From assembly GCA_004431415.1 (NCBI GenBank), contig QPMI01000542.1, positions 1 through 64,000 of the forward strand: a DNA stretch of 64,000 nt, given 5' to 3'. Source of the stretch: Cyanophora paradoxa CCMP329. Lineage: Eukaryota; Plantae; Glaucophyta. Shown here one piece after another: positions 11,388-18,859 of the stretch. Positions within the stretch are counted from its first letter, which is position 1. Every line of letters begins with the position of its first letter. The notes under the pieces are model-generated. The model worked only from the letters and a program-made list of their open reading frames with translations, did no database searches and had not been told where the DNA came from. The position numbers and the translations under genes were made by a program.

Positions 11388-12413
11388 ATGGCTACTCAAA
11401 TAGCAGTCCCTGTTTTCTGTTATGCAGCCCCTAAAATACACCAACTTCATCACACAGTCTCAGATGCAACCCCAGGTTTCATTTGCACAGAAACAACAGG
11501 AGCAGATTCATTTTCGCAGAACTCTGTGATCAGATGCAAAGAAATTCGATGTGATCGGAATGGGGGCAAGGTGAGAACCACAGGTCTCATTGTTTCCAAC
11601 AAGAACCAAGTTCAATCAGGTCAAATTGTTTCTGATTCCGCAATTTATGATGATGTTGGAGGGGTCACCACACCCAAGATTGTAACCTTCGATAATACAA
11701 TCAATAATGCTGCTCTTGTTGTCAGAAGTGGAGGGGCATACATTGGAGATGGAGCAAGGATTAATGGGAATCTCACAACTGAGCAAATCACAGTAACAGG
11801 AGGGAGCACATTTAATGATTTGGTGACAGCCAATGGTGGTGTATATGTTCCTGGTGCACAGCAATCTATTGTGACAGCAAGTACCAAAATAGTTACACCT
11901 GAAATAGATACAGGATCGAGCACAAATCTGGTTTTTAAACGCAATAGTGACGTTATGGCGACACTGGAAGCCAACAGTTTAACCCTCAATTCAGGTTGTT
12001 ATTTAAAGTATGATTTTCAACCTCGATTCTGTGCACAACTTGGTTACACACATGTTGCTTCAAGTGCTGCTCCTCTGATCAACTGGACAACAGTTTTTAT
12101 AGACAACAGAGGTGCCTTCAATACAGGCAATGGAAGATATACAGCTCCTGTTGCAGGACATTACAGATTAACTGTAAATTCTTCCTCAACAACTTCAACA
12201 GCTGTAAGTCTGACTTTGCAGGTAAACGATACTAACCCTGGTGGTCTGACCATCTTCACATCTGGAACTTCAACTACAATTGCAGCGAAACCTCTATATA
12301 TCAACGTTATACTCAATCTTGCTGCCGGAGAATATGTCACAATTGTCACAGGAACAGCTGGTAGTTATGCAAGTCGAACAACATTTACAGCTGAACTTCT
12401 AAGTATCACATAA
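11388..12413 (+). CDS. Fibre/spike protein paralogue 2: shared N-terminal domain plus C1q head
   Basis: N-terminus highly similar to paralogue 1. C1q signature PRF..DNRGAFNTGNGRYTAPVAGHY..LNLAAGEYV..TTFTAELL. Confidence 0.85.
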   Translation: MATQIAVPVFCYAAPKIHQLHHTVSDATPGFICTETTGADSFSQNSVIRCKEIRCDRNGGKVRTTGLIVSNKNQVQSGQIVSDSAIYDDVGGVTTPKIVTFDNTINNAALVVRSGGAYIGDGARINGNLTTEQITVTGGSTFNDLVTANGGVYVPGAQQSIVTASTKIVTPEIDTGSSTNLVFKRNSDVMATLEANSLTLNSGCYLKYDFQPRFCAQLGYTHVASSAAPLINWTTVFIDNRGAFNTGNGRYTAPVAGHYRLTVNSSSTTSTAVSLTLQVNDTNPGGLTIFTSGTSTTIAAKPLYINVILNLAAGEYVTIVTGTAGSYASRTTFTAELLSIT

Positions 12414-12435
12414 ATTTTCTCTCTATAATGTAGGA

Positions 12436-12702
12436 ATGTCGAATATCTACCAAGTGGTTCTCTCAGATACTGAGAAGTTGGGAATGGAATATTGCTGCGC
12501 ATCTGTTCAGGACTGGATTGATAATGCTGCCCACAACAGGGCAAGAATCGCAATTGATGAGATTGTTCAGAAAGAGATCCAATCTTGCATCTCATCAGGA
12601 GTTCAGATACCAACCTCAAAGGAAGCCATTGTGTTACAGGCATTCCAAAGGGGAACTGTAAAGAAAGGCATCGAGTATAACAATGTCACAGAAGAGCAAT
12701 GA
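12436..12702 (+). CDS. Small phage-like protein, putative fibre assembly chaperone
   Basis: 88 aa. The motif LSDTEKLGMEY..VQDWIDNAAHNRARIAIDEIV resembles small proteins I recall lying beside C1q-type fibre genes in marine tailed phages (from memory, not searched). Confidence 0.65.
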   Translation: MSNIYQVVLSDTEKLGMEYCCASVQDWIDNAAHNRARIAIDEIVQKEIQSCISSGVQIPTSKEAIVLQAFQRGTVKKGIEYNNVTEEQ

Positions 12703-12737
12703 ACATTATTTTTCTATCCTTCTTAGTAAAAGAAGCA

Positions 12738-13583
12738 ATGGGTGAATACAATCGAGTTCAACTGCCTATATATTCCCTTGGATCCCCTGCAATGCATTTT
12801 CGCCAGCATGAAGTAAATGATGAGGTTCGTGGTTTAGAATCCACAGAGAGACCCAATTCCAATGGTAACTCCTTTGATAAGAACTCAATTATTCGAGTTA
12901 AAGAACTGAGAGCAGACAAGAATTCTGGGGTTGTTAAAACAACTCGACTCCTTGTCTCAAATGCGAACTTCTTCCAACCAACTAATGGAGGTCCTGATGC
13001 TTACAGTGTTGATCTGAAAGCCCTCGATTTCGATAAGAATTCTGCTGCTGTAACTGTGAGATCAGGTGGAGCATTTATTGGTGGTGGTTGCAGAGTTTCA
13101 GGTCAACTCTCCTCATCAATTGCATACAATGATGTCCCAGATACTCTTGAACAGAATGTTGAAGACCCCCAACGAATTCGATTATATATACCAGTTGCAC
13201 AACAGCCACTTATTCAATTTTACCAAGGTTATACTGTCACACTTGAAAACTCTGAATTGATTGAAGGAACCAAAAGAGTAATGAGAGGGCTGGTCATTCC
13301 TTCTGCAATGCTTTCTTTATGTAGAGCCAACAATAACCAGCCAGGTCACAGATACAATTTCAGTGTTCAAGGATATGATCATTTCGGCACAGGGTTCTGT
13401 GTTTATAATAACAATTTCACCTATGATCTGTTTGTTACAGATATTGGAAAATATACAATTACAGTTATGGGTATCAGAACAGATATAGCTGCTGTCTCAG
13501 CTCTAAGAGGTGTTACTCCTGATACTCTTTCTCAAACAGGGTTTTACCAGGAACCAGATGTGATTGATAACCCAACCCCATAA
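12738..13583 (+). CDS. Fibre/spike protein paralogue 3: shared N-terminal domain plus putative autochaperone-like C-terminal domain
   Basis: KELRADKNSGVVKTTRLLVSN..SGGAFIGGG. C-terminus GYDHFG..GKYTITVMGIRTDIAA is shared with paralogue 4. Likely ATG at 12738 (alternative 12699). Confidence 0.75.
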   Translation: MGEYNRVQLPIYSLGSPAMHFRQHEVNDEVRGLESTERPNSNGNSFDKNSIIRVKELRADKNSGVVKTTRLLVSNANFFQPTNGGPDAYSVDLKALDFDKNSAAVTVRSGGAFIGGGCRVSGQLSSSIAYNDVPDTLEQNVEDPQRIRLYIPVAQQPLIQFYQGYTVTLENSELIEGTKRVMRGLVIPSAMLSLCRANNNQPGHRYNFSVQGYDHFGTGFCVYNNNFTYDLFVTDIGKYTITVMGIRTDIAAVSALRGVTPDTLSQTGFYQEPDVIDNPTP

Positions 13584-13606
13584 ATTATATATCACTTTAA
13601 TGTAAA

Positions 13607-14434
13607 ATGGCTGCCCCAGTAGAGCGAATTATTACACCCCAGCTATCATTAGCAGCACCTGCAAATCACGTTTTGCAGCATGCTACTTTTGATGATGTAG
13701 AAGGTCTCCAATCCACAGAAGTCCAACCTACCATGAATACTTTTGGTTCCACCCACAAACTGAGATTGCAGGAACTCAGGTGTGATAAAAATAATGGTAT
13801 AGTTAAGACAACGAAACTCCTTGTCACCAATGCAAACTTTTCTGCCCATTATGGAGACCCAGACAGTTATGGTGCTCCTCTTTCTACTTATTCTTTTGAA
13901 TCTCGGTCGGGAGCTATTAACTGCAAAACGGGGGGAGCATATATTGGTGATGGTCTTCGGGTTGGTGGAGCTGTTGGTGCGCCTCTTTTCGTAAATGATC
14001 AACCCAATCCCATTGATCCCAACACCAGAATTCGCACCTATGTCCCCAGTATGAATGCACCATACATTATAAAGATCTTCCCAATTGTTGTGAATGAGCA
14101 GACATCAGTAGTAGATTCTCTTGTTGAGATTGGTGATCACTACAAGGTGGTTGTCGATATTCCACCAGATGTTTATGCTGTCTGTCAAGTAGAGGGTGGA
14201 ACCCCAAATATTGCAGTTGTGATCACTCCATATGACAATTTCGGAATCGCTTATCATGGTGTGAATTTCGGTCTTGAAGATTACCAGTTCTTGGTGAGAG
14301 CCACCAGATTTGGTATCTACAAATGCATTCTCTATGCTGAGAGAACCGATGCTATTGCAAAACAGAATACATATGCAGAATATTACGGCACAAATCGCTA
14401 CTTCCCCATTTTCGGGCAGGATACTGCTCCATAG
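13607..14434 (+). CDS. Fibre/spike protein paralogue 4: shared N-terminal domain plus putative autochaperone-like C-terminal domain
   Basis: QELRCDKNNGIVKTTKLLVTN..TGGAYIGDG. C-terminus TPYDNFGIAY..GIYKCILYAERTDAIA. Confidence 0.75.
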   Translation: MAAPVERIITPQLSLAAPANHVLQHATFDDVEGLQSTEVQPTMNTFGSTHKLRLQELRCDKNNGIVKTTKLLVTNANFSAHYGDPDSYGAPLSTYSFESRSGAINCKTGGAYIGDGLRVGGAVGAPLFVNDQPNPIDPNTRIRTYVPSMNAPYIIKIFPIVVNEQTSVVDSLVEIGDHYKVVVDIPPDVYAVCQVEGGTPNIAVVITPYDNFGIAYHGVNFGLEDYQFLVRATRFGIYKCILYAERTDAIAKQNTYAEYYGTNRYFPIFGQDTAP

Positions 14435-14461
14435 AAATCTCAGGTATATATAGAGAGAGGG

Positions 14462-14734
14462 ATGGATGATAAAACAAAGAAATTCATAGAATCTGCAATG
14501 ATGGTTCATGGTGATGCTAAATTCGATTATAGTGCGACAGTCTATAAGAAAGCACAAGAGAAGGTCTCTGTTAGATGCCTCAAATGCAACAAGATCCTCC
14601 AAACCTACCCATTTAATCATGTAAGGGGAAGTGGATGCAGAGAGTGCAACAAGAAATCCTCTCATGCTTACAGAAAAAAGACTACATCAGGAATTGTGAT
14701 AGATGATAAACCAGTGGTATTATATTTCGATTAG
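14462..14734 (+). CDS. DUF723-like zinc-binding DNA-binding protein (homing-endonuclease-associated module, no nuclease domain)
   Basis: FIESAMMVHGDAKFDYSATVY..VSVRCLKC..PFNHVRGSGCREC matches the HG-YDYS-V-Y..C..P-NH--G-GC--C module. Confidence 0.75.
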   Translation: MDDKTKKFIESAMMVHGDAKFDYSATVYKKAQEKVSVRCLKCNKILQTYPFNHVRGSGCRECNKKSSHAYRKKTTSGIVIDDKPVVLYFD

Positions 14735-14920
14735 ATCTTTGAGAGAGAAATGAGAATCTTTCCCCATTTTCCCTTTGTGATTATGCATGTGTCAAAGCAG
14801 TTTGGACAGGTCTTGTGGTAGTGCAGCAGAATGATATCCACCAACTCATAAGGTAGCACTCTTGCTAAGATGGTTCGCATTCTACCAATCGCGTTTTTAA
14901 TTTTTCTAAATTATTCATAA

Positions 14921-15322
14921 ATGAATACTCATCGAGGCTTCCATGTGATGCTGGATTACAAATTCAGAACCCAATTAGCAGTAGGAGTGGAAAACTTGGA
15001 GACAACAACCAGGTGGTTAATGCAGTTCTTGCAAACTATTATTCAAGAGCAAGGTATTCGAGTAGTTCACAAGCATTGCGAGATTTTCGATGGTGGTATT
15101 TCTCCTCCTGGTTTTGCAATGGTTCTTCTGCTGGATGAGAGCCATTGCACTGCTCATTGTTACTCAAATGAAGGTATGTTGGCGATTGATATATTCAGTT
15201 GTGGATTAGAAGCAGAGAGGAAAACCACGAGAGTATCTCATGAGATAGATGAGAGAATAACAGGTGTGTTTTCAGGGTTGGAGAAATCGGAGAAACATAG
15301 AGTATTGCGATTTCCGAGTTAG
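14921..15322 (+). CDS. speD: S-adenosylmethionine decarboxylase proenzyme (short prokaryotic/viral type)
   Basis: 133 aa. GFHVMLD near the N-terminus, then PPGFAMVLLLDESHCTAHCY..LAIDIFSCG with the E-S-H self-cleavage (pyruvoyl) site and the catalytic Cys motif. Confidence 0.9.
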   Translation: MNTHRGFHVMLDYKFRTQLAVGVENLETTTRWLMQFLQTIIQEQGIRVVHKHCEIFDGGISPPGFAMVLLLDESHCTAHCYSNEGMLAIDIFSCGLEAERKTTRVSHEIDERITGVFSGLEKSEKHRVLRFPS

Positions 15323-15352
15323 TTGACACTGAGAAATTCAGAATTTCAGATG

Positions 15353-15835
15353 GTCTTACTGAAAATGGTCAGATAATCGGGTGTGACACCTATTTAATTG
15401 ACTGTGACGCCTCTTTAATTGACTGTGACGCCTGTGACGCCTGTGACGCCTACTTTCAAACTTTTTAAAATTTTCAAAAATTACAGACTTCTGAAAACAG
15501 CCGTCACAGCCGTCACAGGCGTCACACCCAATTAAAAATGGAATCTCTTTCTCTTACTGAGATATTCAAAAATATATTCTTGTCTTACTGAAATCCGTCT
15601 TGTGACACCTCTGACACCTACAAAACACTATCCATTAATCAACCTTTTTGAAAATGCGAAGTTGTCTTACTGGAAATGGTCTGCAATTTTGCTGTGACAC
15701 CTAATTTAATTGAGTGTGACGCCTGTGACGCCTGTGACACCTACTTTCAAACTTTTAAAATTTTCAAAAATGACAGACTTCTGAAAACAGGCGTCACAGC
15801 CGTCACAGGCGTCACAGACATTCCACCCTCTTACT
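15353..15835. repeat. Duplicated iteron-like cassette: (TGTGACGCC)n, AT-rich spacer, (GGCGTCACA)n; candidate replication origin
   Basis: Two near-identical blocks (~15353-15530 and ~15663-15820). Each has converging 9-mer repeats around ctactttcaaactttt..ttctgaaaac. TCTTACTG motifs recur on the flanks. Confidence 0.8.
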
Positions 15836-15928
15836 GACTTTCTCAAAAACAAAACTATCTCTTACTGAATATCATTTGAATACTACCTGTCACACTTGAT
15901 CTCAATTATTCTGTTTTATAGAACATAT

Positions 15929-16190
15929 GCAATCTAATCGAATGTTCAATTGGAGACCATGCAACTCTGTGACACTTTTTTCAATCTAAAATATACATCC
16001 GCAATCTCATCGATTGTTTAATTGGAGACCATGCAGTTCCGATATATTCCAATAGAAAATCCCGCAATCTAATCGATTGTTTAATTGGAGATAATGCAAC
16101 TCTGTGACACTTTTTCGGTGCAAAAATGTACATCAGCAATCTCATCGATTGTTCAATTGGACACAATGCAACTCTGTGACACTTTTTGCG
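15929..16190. repeat. Subterminal ~65-70 bp tandem repeat, 4 copies
   Basis: gcaatct(a/c)atcgattgtt(c/t)aattggagaccatgcaactctgtgacactttt at ~15929, 16001, 16064 and 16136. Confidence 0.85.
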
Positions 16191-16507
16191 TTTTTCGATA
16201 CAGAATGGGCGGTGGTCTACTTCAATACATGAGAGATATATCGAGTTTATGCGAATTTATGCAATTTAATCGCGATTATATCGATCTTTAAGTAGTTTAA
16301 TGTTAATCTATCGCAGATTTGTATGTAAACAACAAAGTACATAATCAATCGATATAAGATCAATTGAATCTATCGAAGTTTAATCGAAAATATGCATTTT
16401 GGAAAACGCGTTTTCGTTTTTAATACAAAGTTTGCATTATTTTATACAAAGTTTGCATAAAAAGTTAAAGAAATTAATCGAAAAATATGTATTTTAGTAT
16501 TAAATTA

Positions 16508-16592
16508 ACACATATTGAAAAACGAATTTAAATCCAGGAGCGAAGCGCGAAGCGCGAAGCGGAGGGATTTAAATTCGTTTTTCAATATGTGT
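16508..16592. repeat. Perfect 28-bp inverted repeat with a (GCGAAGC)3 loop at the element end
   Basis: acacatattgaaaaacgaatttaaatcc (16508-16535) pairs with ggatttaaattcgtttttcaatatgtgt (16565-16592). The loop is agga-gcgaagc-gcgaagc-gcgaagc-ggag. Confidence 0.95.
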
Positions 16593-16889
16593 GGCTTGAG
16601 CATCTGAGCGACGCCCGCCAGATCTATCAATTGCAATTATCACTTATATATAATTATGCTCTTTCACGCATCGATATCTTGCAATTGCGATCGAATATGA
16701 ATGCATATGTGGGTTTTACGAAATTTTGTAATTCGCGATTGGGCGCACTTGAACACTCGCATCCGAACTCTGAGCGCCCTATATATCTATATATAGCTAT
16801 ATCTATAGCCTACGTATACATCTAATTATGAAGGCCTGCCCGGCCCCGGGCCCGGCTGCGCAGTGCGCATATGACTGATGCCTTCGAGA

Positions 16890-18455
16890 TCGGCGCCGGG
16901 CCCCCGGGGCGCGAGGCGAGCGCCGCCGGCGCGGCCGCTGGCGCCGGGGCCGGCGCGGCGCGGAGGGAGGGGAGGGAGGAGGTGCGGTGCAGGGCGGCGG
17001 AGAGCGGCGGGGGCTGCGCAAGAGCGGCGAAGAACAGACCGACGCGCTCGGCGGCCCGGCCGAAGGCAGCCGCAACGGCGGCCGGCACGGCGGAGGCGGC
17101 GGCGGCCGCCGCGCCGCCGCCGGTACGCGACGTCCGCGCTGCCGCCGCCGCCGTCCGCGGGCTGGGCCCCTGCGGCGGCGCGAGCTCCAGAGTCGGGTGC
17201 GGCGAGGCCGGCCCCGGGCCGGGCGACGCGTCCCGGGGCCGCTGGGGCCGCCGAAGGCCAGGCCGGCGGCGGCCTTGGCGGCCCGGGGCGGGGAGCCGGC
17301 GGCCCCGGCCCCGGGCCCCGTGGTCGACCCGACGGAGGCCGTCGCGAGGCGGCAGAGGCAGTCCAGGAACCCGTCCTGCGAAAAGAACGCGGGTTCGAAT
17401 CCGCGCGGGGCCCTTTCTTCCCTTGGACGAAACGCGTACCTGGTCGAGGGCCGAGTCGAGGGGGGCGGGCTCCGGGGGCGGCGCCTCCCTCGCCCCCCTC
17501 GCGGCCTTCTAGATCTCCTTCGCGGCCTTCTTCTCCTTCCGCTGCTTCCGCCGCTGGGAGGGCGAATGAATGCGCGAGGCGCGATTTGATCGATTGTTCA
17601 GAACTGTGGAGGCCGATCGGGGTACGTGTACCTCGGCCTTGGTGTCCTCCTCGACGACGGCGGAGAGGGGTACAGCGGCGCTCCCGACGCTCAGGTAGAC
17701 GGAGGGTACGTCGCCCGCCGCCGCCGCCAGCGCCGCCGCCTCGCCCTTCGCCGACTCTGAAGGGGAGGGGGAAGAAGACGTTAGGGGGTGCGGGGTTCGC
17801 GCGGCCTTGGAGAGGGGTACGCGCGCACTGGAGAAGTATGGCCAGCACTTCAGGCGCTGCCGCACGCTCAGTGCTAAGCACGTTTGCACAATCGACCGGT
17901 CAGTCAAAGATGTTGAGGGGGTTAAGGGGAGCTGGGAGGGGTACCGCTATTTCGGCCTCCGTGACAGAAATGGGACCGTCGGGGTCCGGGGGCGGAGGGG
18001 CCGGCCCCCCCTCCTCCTCCTGCGGGTCTGGCGGCCGTACCATCCCCCGCCTCCTCAGTATGCTGTACCCCCCCTCAGCGTCCGGTCGGGAGGCACATCG
18101 CGGGGGGTACGCACTCGACGAGGTAGGGGAGCGTGATTCCCCCGTCGGTCCGGACGCTGCACGTGGTTAGAGCGGGGGGGGAGAGCGATAAGGGGGTACA
18201 CCCGCTCCTGGTGCGCCCCTGCCGGCGTACTGCTCGAAGAGCTCGCGAAGCTCCCGCCGCGGGGGGTACGCCTCGCTCTGAGGGGGGTACACGGTAAGCG
18301 AGGTGGAGGAGGGGGGGGATGAAACGGGGTACGAGCCTGGACGGGGAGGCTGAGGAGGATATTTCGCTCCTTCGAGTCGGGGGAGGGGGAGGTTCGGCTC
18401 AGGGGTACCACGCTGTTCATCTGGGGGGAAGAGGTCAAAAGAACGGGAGGGGGAA
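16890..18455 (-). pseudogene. Inverted, 5'-truncated duplicate of the 3' part of the host gene at 27565-31847
   Basis: Reverse complement aligns with ~30140-31730 (shared peptides MNSVVPLSRTSPSPDSKER, KCWPYFSS, RKQRKEKKAAKE). It begins inside an intron and retains introns. Confidence 0.85.
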
Positions 18456-18859
18456 ATTTAAAAGACTGCGATCGCGAGCCCTTTCGAATTAGCGATCGCT
18501 AAGCTTATTAAGGGAAGAAGAGAAGAAGGGGCGCAGAGCCCAGTGTCAGTGGCTCGTCGATGGCCGCGAGACTGCGAGCCTGCCGGCGTTGCGAATTGCG
18601 GAGGCTACCGGTAGATGGCTGTCCCACATGCAAAACATGTATATGCGACAGGAAATTAAAGCGATAAACTTAGCGTTGTGTATTCTTGATACAGACAAAG
18701 TAAAAAATCAGACGCATACAGGCTCTTCCGAATTAATGCTCCTTAATTCAGGAAATCAATCTTCATTAATGCTCGTCAAATGCTCACAATGATCTAAGCC
18801 AACAACGAGTCGACGACGAAAACGTGCAACGAGAACGTGTGACAGCTGCAGCTCCGCGG

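Larger units (their letters stand above)
1..16592. mobile_element. Endogenous Polinton/Maverick-like virus (right portion; left end outside window)
   Basis: AT-rich, intronless, tightly packed block with an abrupt switch to GC-rich, intron-rich DNA after ~16.6-16.8 kb. It encodes protein-primed PolB next to an rve integrase, the diagnostic Polinton pair, plus fibre genes. It ends in subterminal repeats and a hairpin. The exact terminus and any TSD cannot be determined. Confidence 0.9.

Noticed and set aside
10298-14434. Major or minor capsid protein call for the four paralogues
   Set aside because: No jelly-roll capsid motifs are recognisable. GGAYIG shaft-like motifs and C1q heads fit fibres better.
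14816-14900. SAM riboswitch upstream of AdoMetDC
   Set aside because: Only ATC..AAGAT fragments match. The core SAM-I elements are absent and the context is eukaryotic.
1-16592. Bacterial prophage or contamination (suggested by tail fibres and speD)
   Set aside because: Polinton-type pPolB with an EndoVII-like insert plus an rve integrase is characteristic of eukaryotic elements. No terminase, portal or lysis genes are seen.
16593-16830. Target-site duplication and exact element terminus
   Set aside because: It cannot be assigned without the left end. The AT-rich palindrome-rich stretch resembles other host intergenic DNA such as 32000-32300.
17385-17408. tRNA gene suggested by GCGGGTTCGAATCCGC (mirrored near 31200)
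   Set aside because: It is only a T-arm/B-box-like hairpin inside a short intron of gene X and its duplicate. No acceptor, D or anticodon arms are present.
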